Origin: Hormiphora californensis
Lineage: Eukaryota > Animalia > Ctenophora
Assembly (NCBI GenBank): GCA_020137815.1
Contig: CM035354.1
Coordinates: 5,828,001-5,892,000 of the forward strand
Direction of reading: 5' to 3'
Length of the DNA: 64,000 nucleotides
In this document: positions 12,301-22,569 of the stretch, piece by piece
Layout: each line of letters starts with the position of its first letter
How positions within the stretch are numbered: the stretch's first letter is position 1
Notes under the pieces: model-generated
The model's input: only the letters and a program-made list of their open reading frames with translations
Databases searched by the model: none
What the model was told of the DNA's origin: nothing
Translations under genes and position numbers: made by a program

Positions 12301-13117
12301 TCAGAAGATTACAAGTTTCCTCAATACTTTCTAAGAGAAAGTTGTGTACAGCAACAGGATCTGCTTGATGTGCCACGGTCATTCCTCCAAGAAGCGAGTC
12401 CAGGTAGTTTGTCCAATCTTTCCAATCCAGGTACCTGAAGTCATAGACACGGGAACTATGAGAGCTCGGGCCACTTACGCCTATATGGGACAAAACTGGT
12501 AGGTGACCCCTGGTAGGAGCTCCGGTGAAGAGACATAGTCCATCCTCCTCGTCGACCCAAGGGTTGTCGGCTGGGGCTCCGGAGCTTCCGAACCGAAGGC
12601 AGAGGTCAATGACACTACCTCCTTCCGAGCACAAGAAAGTGTTAGACCTAGGCGAAAGGATATCCGCACCGGCTGCCACACAGTAAGATTCTAGCATGTG
12701 CCCTCTAGTGTTGTACAGTCGATCCCCCCAAGACATCCCCCTAGCATTGAAGTCTCCCATAACATAAAGCTGTGAAATGCCGTTGGTTCTGCAGTAATCC
12801 CAAGCTGATTGTATGGAATTAAGCAGAGCAGATAGATCTCCAATAGGATTGCTGTAAGCGGATGCAAACATGACTGGCCTGTTAGCAACAGTAATGACCG
12901 CGAACACGGCAGCAACTCCAGATATCTCAAGACTTTCTATCTGCTGAGGTCGTAGACCAGAGTGTATGGATAGTGTGACACCACGATCGTAAGGAACTCC
13001 GTAGGTTACCAGATTCTTAAAAATGTTTGTGGGTGGTACGTGGAGTGTTTCTTGAAGAGCGAGGACCGATATATCCCTGTCATCCACATAGTGATCAACA
13101 GCAATTGAAGCCTGTTT
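9310..13117 (-). mobile_element. 5'-truncated non-LTR retrotransposon (I/R1-group-like) with (TAA)n tail and 7-bp TSD
   Basis: TSD GGACATA at 9303-9309 and 13118-13124; (TAA)n tail ~9310-9327; intact EN-RT ORF. Confidence 0.92.
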
Positions 13118-13123
13118 GGACAT
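9788..13123 (-). CDS. APE endonuclease - RT - C-terminal CCHC zinc finger, 1111 aa
   Basis: LQET, GDFNA, SVIDL; FRPISITS, LLDFEKAFD, GLPQGGVLSP, FADD; CLECGVELDSTFHKLFQC. No recognisable RNase H. Confidence 0.93.
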   Translation of the reverse strand: MSKQASIAVDHYVDDRDISVLALQETLHVPPTNIFKNLVTYGVPYDRGVTLSIHSGLRPQQIESLEISGVAAVFAVITVANRPVMFASAYSNPIGDLSALLNSIQSAWDYCRTNGISQLYVMGDFNARGMSWGDRLYNTRGHMLESYCVAAGADILSPRSNTFLCSEGGSVIDLCLRFGSSGAPADNPWVDEEDGLCLFTGAPTRGHLPVLSHIGVSGPSSHSSRVYDFRYLDWKDWTNYLDSLLGGMTVAHQADPVAVHNFLLESIEETCNLLIPKKTVCRHSKPYWTEELTDLSMRLRAAQNQYRYRRTHANKETLEEAKLLFKDELIRGRNSWIHKRLEGLNVADSRIFWKRYRSTFLPPEENYIGCLQENGRLLHGELEKEALLFDTFFGGKHLRGSNFDEDHYRAIKNAVEGFLLEEVDEEDELNREVSVDEVVAAISRQKCGSKTVDGDGIHPQFIKHLGHGAKAFLAEFFTLCLKSSTWPWKSAIVTFIKKQGKKTYLNPGSFRPISITSYIGKVLERIIDRRMRELCDMEDILDDEQEGFLPVRSTTRYLYRLLSTLHENRRRKATAFILLLDFEKAFDTVPTDCLIYKLHGFGVKGHLLRLLHCMLSSRLVKLKINGKIGRARACTLVGLPQGGVLSPLLFILYIADLLTTRNLPNGARGCSETFKFADDGTVVVTGTQVECESAMLSILEYLEAWCNKWRLIVNCDKNKTEILVVFPKRWDPAPLPIMTLGSKIINYTDSSKVLGVYLDSELSFKKHSTFILQKCWYSWGILSGSTSRTAGMNSSALSILFKTVVLTKLLYAAPLWLKERLADFKNLMTKAKLKILGSQFYISGVLSDLLTTIPPLSITLEVLTTKFILKGLTARDTMTAKLFQIESEPRHVFYSHIAAVKKYLEWAERQVDINSGRQLTEGRSFRRGCELLSYDPDKLHYSKEDMDLYQWHLWDSFVVTSIGDLVKGNNGEGSLDDFKEMVDTGALSACPLVTRSMDRETSTRLLDFTHGHNLRFQNFAFSVENRSQVIEEPFCLECGVELDSTFHKLFQCTSAGAVSALRGQCQPLSDCTANFHIPLIFSRDRNLKQKFRNLVNEVSANLEFGEEFLNH

Positions 13124-13399
13124 AGTAGTTTGGGGTGTACTTTACAAAGGGGAAATCCTGAATTTCCAGGAATCTCAGGTCAAGTCGTTTGAAACGCACT
13201 TTAGCGGAATATTTTAGCCGCGGCGCTCGAGTGTGCGGCGCGGCCCACAAATACAAAATTCGCAATCTGAAAATTCCTCCCAACTTTTTCTTTGAAAACT
13301 GAAACCTTTAAACTCTCGACACTTCGGTTCACTCTGTGACCGATCGTGGTGTGCGTTTATTATCTGAGACCCCGGTGTCGGATTGCTGTTTCATTTAAA

Positions 13400-13930
13400 C
13401 TTAAAATCTGGTTGTTTTGTTGGCATGCGCTGCAGACCCCAAGTGCGCGCGTTTTCCACGGCTTCTAGGGCCTGTAGCATAGGCCAAGTTGTTTTGGCCT
13501 TTGGTTGAAAAGCGCTGTCAGCAGGCCAGCGTTAAAATCTGGGTGTTTTGGGAGTGCTGACAAACGGTTTTTTAGGGTTAGGGCTAAAGTAGGGTTAGGG
13601 TTTGGGTTGGGGTTAGGCCTTGACATTCCCTACCATATAAACTTTGAATCAGCCAAAACGGTTGAGTGGTTTGGCGGTTAGAGCCATTTTAGTGAATCAA
13701 CTTTTTTGGCAGCGCGCAACTGTAAACAGGCCTCCAAACACCCAGATCGTAACGGCGCCCCTGTCAGCAGCGTTTGCCAAGGCCATTGGGTGTCAGCACT
13801 CGCGGTTTTTAATTTTTAGGGCTAGGACTTAGGGCTAAGCCTGCTGGGGTTGCGGTTATGGCTTGAGATTTCCTATCAGATAAACTTTTAGTTAGTCAAA
13901 ACGGTTGTGTGGTTTGGTGGTTAGAACTTA
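13400..13930. repeat. Dispersed repeat with degenerate TTAGGG-like runs; related copy at ~53500
   Basis: ttggcatgcgctgcagaccccaagtgcgcgcgttttccacggcttct occurs at 13421 and ~53504; tagggttaggg runs at 13572-13617. Confidence 0.7.
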
Positions 13931-14544
13931 GCCATTTTAGGGCAGTGTTGAGTGTACACTGTACAGTGTACACTGCTGACTGTGCACCTCTAAACAGGCC
14001 TTTAAACCTCGGACACCCAGATCGTAACACTTAACAGTGCCCTGCCCAGGCCGAGCTTGGGTTATCGCATTTTAGTCAGAATATTGCATGTGCTAATTAC
14101 AGTCCCATTGTGGACGTACCCTCGTTAGAGAGGCCCTAAATCGTATGTCAAAGCCGGGATTAACCCCTGAAATCGAAAAATACAAGCCAGAATTGGCAAT
14201 TCATCCCGTTATTTTGGTCTAAAGGAAAGACGGAAATGGAGGTCAAGAAAATATTTGCTTTTTGGCAAGATTACATGAGTTATGTCCGATGTCCCCTAAT
14301 ATTCAGTCATCGCCTGAACTCACTCTAAACTGAATGTTGATGCTAATATAGTCCTTTTTTATAAAGTTCGTGCACGGATTTGTTTTGCGAGCTTATCACT
14401 TTAGCTATCCTTCAAAATCAGCCGAAATCAACAAATTTTGCACATTATCAATGATTAAAATCGGTTAGATTACAAGGGCAGCAATAAAGTGAATAAAGAA
14501 CGAGCAGAAAATTTGAAGAATGTATGATTAATGGTATAATATAT

Positions 14545-14803
14545 TGTTTGTTTGTTTGTTTGTTTGTTTGTTTGTGATTGCTGCGTCTGGAGGATGACCT
14601 GCCCGAAAGTAGTAGAGGCCGCACCGAACACGCTTATTAGGCGCCCCAGTACGTCCTCCACTCCGCCGTAGCAAGGACACCCATCAATCATTTTATGCAG
14701 AGCATGTTACTTCAGACGCTCCAGGAAGACCGTGGTCAACCACTGGCGACACCGAGCGGCGAGAGCCGCACGGCGTCGACAGGGGTATCACACTACTCCT
14801 GGC
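14545..14803 (-). mobile_element. SINE-like retroposed structured RNA with (CAAA)n tail
   Basis: GC-rich ~230-nt body with several hairpins, about seven CAAA units, and imperfect TSD-like flanks TATAATATATT / TATAATGATATATT. Confidence 0.65.
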
Positions 14804-14858
14804 ATATAATGATATATTAAATTAGCATGATTAATTCACTCGCCAAACGTTGAAAAGT

Positions 14859-16001
14859 TTATCTGTTTCTTATTGTAAAATGATATGAAAACATGAGAAC
14901 TGTGGGGAGGCAGAATAACAGGAATGCTGCACTCATTGCGTAGAGAGTGTAAAGCACTTTCCCACTGATCTCCACCATCCCTTCCTCTACTTCCCTCTCC
15001 TCGCTGCACTTAGTAAGGCCGATAAAGGTGCGGTTAGAACAGGTTACCGTGGTCTCCGTGCCCTCTTTAGAACATACCTGGGTTGCCATGACACCATGTG
15101 GAACCTGGGTGAGGTCAGATGACCCAGTACGAATTTCACCATACTTCCCACCGAGGCTTGTAGAATCACATGGCATGACATAGCTCGGGACAAAAAATCC
15201 GATCAACGATTTTTTCCCAAACATATCACTTGCACTGGTGACATTTTTTACACTGGCGTAAAGCAGGGTGTTACCAGGTGGATTGGGTAAAAAGGCCAAA
15301 TCAATTCCATATTCCAGACTTTCTTTCCACTTAACTATAAATTGCTGTGCAGGGTCGTTAGTGGCATTTGCCGAACAGTTGGCTATGAAAACACCACTCT
15401 CTGAAATGTCTGAAATATTACTTCCATGCGCTAGGCAAAGATCTGTGTACTTCACTCTCAGGCGCACGAAAATGGAGCCAGAGTTTAGAAATACCGGTCC
15501 GGTGCCTAATTGCTCGATCTCCCAAGCAGGGACGTCTGGTTCAGAACACTTGGCCCAAGTCAACCCAACCGCACCAATTCTCGCTAGACATACCTTAAAA
15601 AGTCCTTTTGTCATGAACCGCTGAAAGACAAAATCCTTGTTTGTATCAGAAACCATCTCGACAACTTGTGGTATGTTGAGAGCGCTGTAGTAGTTGTTGG
15701 TCTGAAGACAACCTCTATTCGCTGTCAGTTCGAAATTGGACTGCTGGATAGCGACAAGGACCAGGTCAAACAAAGAGCACGCCTGGGTTACGAGGTGAAA
15801 TGAGACAGTGGTGCACTTCAGACCGTACTGGAGACAGAGGTCGGCACATGATACAGGGGTGTTCGCCGTAGCCACGTGAAATGGTGTATCTTGGAAACCT
15901 GCCAGGGCTGACATTTGGAAACACCCCATCAAGGGTGGGCTGGACCACGGATCTGGGGTTGCAGAACCAACAAGGAGGGCCACAGTTAGGGCGAGATACA
16001 T
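14859..16001 (-). CDS. Type I membrane protein: signal peptide, PAN/apple-like domain, ricin-B-like region, Cys-rich stalk, TM
   Basis: MYLALTVALLVGSA signal; CADLCLQYGLKCTTVSFHLVTQACSL (PAN pattern); CLA...IANC...QQF; hydrophobic C-terminal helix; intronless, 380 aa. Confidence 0.75.
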   Translation of the reverse strand: MYLALTVALLVGSATPDPWSSPPLMGCFQMSALAGFQDTPFHVATANTPVSCADLCLQYGLKCTTVSFHLVTQACSLFDLVLVAIQQSNFELTANRGCLQTNNYYSALNIPQVVEMVSDTNKDFVFQRFMTKGLFKVCLARIGAVGLTWAKCSEPDVPAWEIEQLGTGPVFLNSGSIFVRLRVKYTDLCLAHGSNISDISESGVFIANCSANATNDPAQQFIVKWKESLEYGIDLAFLPNPPGNTLLYASVKNVTSASDMFGKKSLIGFFVPSYVMPCDSTSLGGKYGEIRTGSSDLTQVPHGVMATQVCSKEGTETTVTCSNRTFIGLTKCSEEREVEEGMVEISGKVLYTLYAMSAAFLLFCLPTVLMFSYHFTIRNR

Positions 16002-16185
16002 TCTAGCGGGATGGGACTTTTAGGGAAGCTTATCGTATAAAGAACCAACGGTAAATTGTATCAAGGAAATAGTTTTCAACCTGCTCTCAGTATCACTTCT
16101 AGAATAACCATTAATATATAAGCAGCCTGCAAGCGTTATCAGAAGCATGAAGGATGGGCTCGACTAGAGTCCAGTATTACAGATA

Positions 16186-16342
16186 CAGTCGGACCCCGAT
16201 TTAGTGGCATCATCGGGGGAAAAAATCCTGCCACTAAATCGGGGTGCCACTAAATCGGGGTCAAATAATGTTAATTTCCTATATATCGGGGGGAAAAATT
16301 TCTGCCACTAAATCGGGGTGCCACTAAATCGGGGTCCGACTG
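16186..16342. mobile_element. Tc1/pogo-type MITE
   Basis: TA|CAGTCGGACCCCGATTTAGTGGCA ... TGCCACTAAATCGGGGTCCGACTG|TA, with internal repeats of tgccactaaatcgggg. Confidence 0.9.
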
Positions 16343-16614
16343 TAGTAAATACATCTGCTCAAACAATACAACAGTCAACAACGAATAAAGAATTCTGGGT
16401 GATTTTGGAACACTTAACAGATTTTTCTATCACTACAAATATTCACCACCTTGATCAGGCCTGACGAGAAAGGTATAATTATCCGGCACCTTATAAAATA
16501 AACTATTTGACGCAATAGAGCGAAGACAAAAAGAATTATTCATAACGTTCCCTTATTGGTGATAAAGGCCAGCGCAATCTCATTCGTACGCATTTTATTG
16601 GGAACTAGGTCCCT

Positions 16615-16618
<4 letters not shown>

Positions 16619-16684
<66 letters not shown>
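16619..16684. repeat. (CT)n microsatellite
   Basis: Perfect dinucleotide run. Confidence 0.98.
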
Positions 16685-16686
<2 letters not shown>

Positions 16687-17205
16687 CGGCGCTGTTCTCT
16701 CGATTCTCGCAATGACGGTCTCTTGCAATGAGAGGGTAAAGCGTGCTCATTGCGAGTCATACGTATATACATATGTATATCCACGCAGCTTAACAAAGTA
16801 AGGATTCTCACCGTACCGTCGAAGCATTATGCAAGGATGACGTAAAAGGAGAAAAACAAAAAGCTAAAATCTTGAGTCCCTCTTGAGTCTTGAACTGAGT
16901 ATGTTTCTAAAATTCTAAATTATTATTATTATTTTGAGGCAAACTTGCACAATAGCCAATATTGCCAAGCTAGAATGCCTTTCGCGAGCCTCACACGCGA
17001 AAGACCTTCGCCCTGCACGTCAATTAACTTACCATGTACAGCCGGACCACGTTATCCGTATTACTGGAATTCGCATTTATCGGTACGAATGGATAAATTT
17101 CCCCTGATATAGAGAACTTACAAATCTTCACCCCCAACTTTTTATCATGTTATCATCTAATTCTGTAGGGTAGTGTAGGATGCGGGCATCATCAGCAGTT
17201 AAGAA

Positions 17206-19862
17206 ATGAATCGTCGCCACGACCTGCTGTCAGGATTATTTGGTGGTGCCGCTGGCTTCCTCTCATCCGCAGAGGCGCTCCTACACAACGCCTTCAACCC
17301 CCGCAGGTAACAACATGGGAGGGTGTATTGAGGTTGAGAAGGAACAATCAAGTTTGAGAAGGAACATTGACATAGATTTCTCTCACCTATACTACAGATT
17401 GAACAAATATTGATTTTTCAGTGATGATATAACACTGCGATTGGAGGTGTCTCTCACCGATATCTACCTCTGTAAGAAAGTATCAGTGGCCCTGGACCGT
17501 CGGAAAGCGTGTCATGACTGTCATGGCGCTGGAAAGATTGTTATTCAGTGTAGGGGTTGCCAGGGTAACGGAATTCGACTGTCAACCATCCAGACTTACC
17601 CAGGAGTCTTCCACCAGGTACTCGTAAAATATTATAAGTACTTATCTCCTTACAATGGGGCAGATATGTGTGCTATTGTTAGAAGATGCAAGAATCGATG
17701 GTTGACTCTATTATACCTTAAATATCGATTTGCTATTGTCTCCTTTATCTCCAGCCCCACCCATCTTCATCCCCCCACCCATCTATTCGAACTGCATTTC
17801 CCCCCGCCAGGTGCCCCACGAATGCATGCACTGTTCGGGATCAGGTCACGCGGGGAATGGTGCTTGTTCAACCTGTGGTGGGCGGGGTATTGCTATCGCA
17901 CAGAAGAAACTCGATCTGAGGATACCACACAACTGCAGAGACGGACAGGACCTTGGTTTTGAGGGTCTAGGTAGGTCATGTGTCGTGTGGGTTGCGTAGT
18001 ACATACATTTCCCAACATTTTGAATCCTTCAAAAGTTCGATACTAAAACACATATAATAGCATCAGCTCAAGTTCTAATAGGCCACCTTATTATTATTCC
18101 CTCACCCTTTGTTAAATATCTGATATTCTCTCCCCTGATCTCTAACCCCCCTCTGACAGGTCACCACCATCCTGGAGAGGAAGCAGGGGATGCAGTCAAT
18201 ATATTCCGGGTAGCAGAACACCCCCAGTTTTCCCGGAGAGGTTCCCATCTCTATACAGAGAGGGAGATCACACTAAGTGAGGCTATAACCGGCCTTCAGA
18301 TGCCCACTGGAAACACTGGACGGCAGACAACTTTGGGTAGGTGGACCATCTGAGTAGGTATACACACATCGGGATATGGAAATCTGCAGATCTCAGCAAT
18401 ACCTTGACAATCGTGGAGCACAAGATCAGACAGTAATTTAAACTGGTCTCATTTGGAAGCTCGTCACTTCTCTGATTTTAACCTCTTATATTGCCAGGTT
18501 CGGAGTAGTGGTACGATATCACCAGGTTGTATACGTTGTATAGACGGTGAGGGGATGCCTGTACCTACAATGCACCAACGACACATCGGATACGGGAATT
18601 TGTACATTAAATTCTCGGTGGTGTTCCCTGATACACTAGATAGGGAGACGTGTGAAAGGTTAAAGGAACTAATGCCAGCAACATCCCCGCCTTTAGATAT
18701 AGACAGGTAAAATATTATTGTTGTTTGACCAGGTTCCGAACAAGGTTAAGTGAGAGTGGACCGAATCAGAATTGGACAAGTTTGTTGTAGGTAGTAGAGA
18801 TTAGATTTCTGTAGATTTGCGTTTTTGCGCTCAAAATCGAAGCTTTTTTTTGCCCACCCATCACTGAGATTATTTTTGTTATGTTGGGAGACTCCTGTAA
18901 TAAGGTATGTATAAAACGATAGAAACAATCGTGGGTTTTACTAACACATCGGATATAACAGTGTGAGGTGACAGTCCATGACGAAGCAGGGCAATGCAAG
19001 CCGCATAATAAAAATTTAAAAGAAGGTTAGTAAAAACACAAGGATGTTCTATTCCTGTTTCATAAATATTGATCCAGCATGGAATTCTTTACCAAAATAA
19101 CAGAAAATATATCAGGATGGGTGGGTCGATTTTGAGCGGCCAAAAACGCAAAAAAATGCTCGGAAGCCTTAATCTCTAATATCTACAACAAAACTTGCTA
19201 AGTTAGGACGTTTTTCGCCACTCCCCTCAACAACATGTAAAGGGAGGGTTAGAACATAACAACAACAAACTTGTCCAATTCTGATTCGGTCCACTCTCAC
19301 TTTAAACTCGGAAATATTTCGTTGAAATTTGGGCAGTCTTGGCGCAAGGAGAGAAAGAGAGGGAGATCGAGAGATCAAGATAGAATATAAATAGAGGACT
19401 AGGGGGGGGGGGTTTAGTTAACGAAAGAAAAAGAGAGAACTTAGCCCTAGATGGTTAAATCGTTCTACTCTATCATGGCTTATACGATACTATTTTAACG
19501 AAGTCTGTCAAAATTTATTTATTTCCTCGCATCATTGTACGAAAGTTCAAATATTTTTATATCCACTGAGAGCTGCACTGTGATCTTTTATTTTTTCATC
19601 ATGGTCATCATACTGATATGATCTTATTGATTTCATCACAACGACCATCTTCTAACTTTCCATTGAAATCCAAACACAGCCGGGTCAATACATTTAAAAA
19701 ACCTCCGAACTATTTCACCACCCACCCAATTTCAGATCAAGGGAAGACGTTGAGGAGGCTCGATTGAAGGACTACGATCCGACATCCCAACCCTCATATG
19801 GCCAGGATGAGAGTGAAGACGAATATGATGGTCCCCCAGGGGTCCAGTGCGTGCAACAGTAA
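17206..19862 (+). CDS. DNAJA (type I Hsp40)-like protein, 6 coding exons, no J-domain visible
   Basis: LEVSLTDIY, four CxxCxGxG repeats, HPQFSRRG, ITLSEAITG, GEGMP, GNLYIKFSVVFP and C-terminal GVQCVQQ* (CaaX-like). One extra C at ~18304. Confidence 0.88.
18750..19301. mobile_element. Non-autonomous TIR element with TTAA flanks (Kolobok-like) in a DNAJA intron
   Basis: TTAA GTGAGAGTGGACCGAATCAGAATTGGACAAGTTTGTTG ... CAACAAACTTGTCCAATTCTGATTCGGTCCACTCTCACT TTAA. Confidence 0.85.
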
Positions 19863-20364
19863 CAAACAAAGAAGGGGGCGATTTCAATATAGTCCATGCA
19901 ATAAGAAAAGGGACACAGAGAAAGATAAGAAATCAAAAGGAATAATGAGCCACTACCACTGAGTTGTATTTGTTGTAAAAGGAGAGAGTTGTAAAAGATA
20001 AAAGTGTATTATACTTCTCTGGTTTATTGATACATTACCAAACATCCTAAACAATATATGTGCTATGATTACAAGCAGCAATCACTATACTACCTAACCA
20101 GCAATCACTATACTAACCTAACCGTTTACCACATTATACACACAATAAGCACCTTACACCATCATTGTTGGTGAACCACCTTGGTCGTGGAGCAGTAAAA
20201 TGAAGATATAACTATTCAAATGGGGGCCTGGGGTGTTAGAAGCAATGAAATCAAATGAGGTGCAATTGTTTTCTCTGACGTTGGGAAGCGAGATTCGAAT
20301 TACATTGTAGTGCACTCATTGTTTGACTTTCCTTCTACAGAACCTTCCTTTTTTAAGTGCTGCA

Positions 20365-20700
20365 TACAACACCTAGCTACTAATTCTGCCCCACTATAGT
20401 GGTACATAAACTCTAGTGGTACAACACCTAGCTACTAATTTCTGCCCCACTATAGTGGTACATAAACTCTAGTGGTACAACACCTAGCTACTAATTCTGC
20501 CCCACTCTAGTGGTACATACACTCTAGTGGTACAACAATTAGCTACTAATTCTGCCCCACTCTAGTGTACAACACCTAGCTACTAATTCTGCCCCACTCT
20601 AGTGGTACAACACCTAGCTACTAATTCTGCCCCAACTCTAGTGGTACATACACCTCTAGTGGTACAACACCTAGCTACTAATTCTGCCCCACTTTATAGT
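20365..20700. repeat. Minisatellite with ~38-57-bp units directly upstream of PPCDC
   Basis: About seven copies of tacaacacctagctactaattctgccccact. Confidence 0.92.
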
Positions 20701-20706
20701 GACACC

Positions 20707-21388
20707 ATGGAAAGGAAAACGTCTGTTCTAGGGCGGCTGTACGGGCGTGTGGACGTCCCTAAAGATACTCTCCTTGTATCCTCTTAAAACCTTTGAATAA
20801 GGGTGTGGTTCTGTGTTGTGATGTTGAAGTGAGAGTTGTAGCAACAACAAGGGCCCTCCACTTCTTTACTCCCTCCTCACTCCCCTCCAACACCACCCTC
20901 TACACAGACGAAGAAGAGTGGTCCTCCTGGAAGGAACGGGGTGACCCTGTCCTACACATAGAACTCAGAAAGTGGGCTGATATCATGGTACTAGCACCAT
21001 TAGATGCCAATACGCTAGGCAAGCTGGCTAACGGTCTCTGTGACAACCTGTTGACATGTATTACAGGGCATGGACCCATATAAACCGTCCAATCTGCAGC
21101 TATGAATAGGCAATGGGGGCACCCTCTGACTAGCCGTCATTTGGAGGTGTGTGAAGGTGTGCTGGGATACCACCAGGAGGGACCAATAGCTAAAACATTG
21201 GTCTGTGGGGATACAGGGCTAGGTGCAATGTCGGATGGAGCAGAGATGCTATTGTGAGAAGAGTGGTGGAGTTGTTGGAAAGTACGGGTTGTTTGCGGAT
21301 CACGGCCACAGGCGGATCACGGCCACAGGCGACCACTAGTTGTGGAGATGGGAAGGTTCTTGCTACTCCCATAGCTGCAGACCCCTGA
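20707..21388 (+). pseudogene. PPCDC: Phosphopantothenoylcysteine decarboxylase, intronless, multiple frameshifts (pseudogene or consensus errors)
   Basis: WKERGDPVLHIELRKWADIMVLAPLDANTLGKLANGLCDNLLTC and PIAKTLVCGDTGLGAM are present; the N-terminal GSVA and PxMN motifs are disrupted by indels. Confidence 0.85.
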
Positions 21389-22569
21389 ACTACATCGAAA
21401 CCATGATTTTAAGGTGGGGATTCTTTTTAATGCTTGACAGAGATGATTGAGAGAGATAGCAGCTGGCCTGTATTTACTCAAATGCGAAATTTTAGTGATT
21501 ATTTCTAAAATTAGCAGCTTCTGTAATCAAAATTTCATTTATGAATTATCGTCTTATTGTTTCTATTTTCTATTGTAGGAATGTCCAAGGCAAGGGAGTC
21601 GATATCGAGGAAGCCATGGTATCGACCCACACACACTTGGAGACCCAGTTGATGTGAGAGCGGTGGGGAAGAAGTCCTGTGTATGACTTACTGTAACGCG
21701 CGAACTGGTAAGTAGAGATTTTGTGCGCGGCACGAAACGTCCCAGCTGAGGGGGGATTCCATATCGAGTTCTGTTTTCTGTCTGGCATTGATCTGCCGAG
21801 CCCTCACAGAGCGAAAGATCTGCCAGAGCATTGGTCTGACCCTAATCTCATTTCTTTCAAGAGAACAGCGGTCAGAGCATTGGTCTGACAGCGATGGACA
21901 CTGGACAGTGGACAGGCCCAGAATGGGATTGCAGCGTATTCCAGTTTGATAGAATAAGATGTAGAAAACCACATTACCAACCAAGCCTAGATCCCTAACT
22001 GATCCCTTTATCATTTTAGTAGCTGTAGTACCTACCTCCGTTTTAGATCTGTACTAGAAACTAAACATTTGTTTTTAATCGATCCTAGATCAGGTGTGTT
22101 GGAATAAATGATTACAGAATAAGACTGTGTGTCTATATTTGCATTTCCTTCCTATGCTGTTCACGCCACACGCACACACACACAGAGGGAGACTCAGATA
22201 GACGATAGATGATGGGTGTGGTGTGGTGGTAAATATCAACATCTCTCTGTATGAATATGACGTGTACGTACACAAACTCACGTACTTTTTTATATTGCCA
22301 GGGTGTCCTAAAACTGCTGTATAATTCATACTGCAATTAATTGCAATTGTAGAACACCCTGACATATTATGAACAGTATGAACGAAACAAAAACAGACCG
22401 GTATGAAAAATATTTCAAAATCCAGACCTAAATAGGTCATGCATACTTTTAGTCTGTAGCAAATCATGCACAAACACTAAACACACTCAGTCACCGTCCC
22501 CTACTTAGAAAATTAGAGCAGGTCCAGATAAACCTCTCTGCAGAGCTTTCACTCCCTGCAGGGATCACG

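Larger units (their letters stand above)
9101..13141. mobile_element. ~226-bp fold-back MITE (9101-9309 plus 13125-13141) interrupted by a LINE
   Basis: Left TIR AGGTCCCCCCAAACTACTATGTCCCT; reconstructed right TIR AGGGACATAGTAGTTTGGGGTGTACT. Internal palindrome ~9152-9273. Flanks are TTAA / TTAC (or a TA duplication). Confidence 0.85.
8888..13202. repeat. Two ~120-bp tandem units with internal inverted halves; the second unit is split by the MITE+LINE insertion
   Basis: ttttaaagtccgtttcaagcgacttgacc... at 8888 and 9008. The block tttacaaaggggaaatcctg...gtcaagtcgtttgaaa at ~8951 resumes at 13141. Confidence 0.85.

Noticed and set aside
13570-13620. Telomere or interstitial telomeric array
   Set aside because: Short, degenerate and embedded in a dispersed repeat.
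14590-14700. SRP (7SL) RNA gene
   Set aside because: Patchy resemblance to the S domain only; the helix 8 GNRA loop/SRP54 motif is absent and there is a (CAAA)n retro-tail.
16540-16811. RE- and SL-repeat ORFs
   Set aside because: Translations of the (CT)n microsatellite.
20365-20700. CRISPR-like array (also 39433-39572)
   Set aside because: No unique spacers, no cas genes and a eukaryotic context; these are ordinary minisatellites.
21579-21708. Exon-like segment with AG/GT ends
   Set aside because: Stops in all three frames; at most a non-coding exon.
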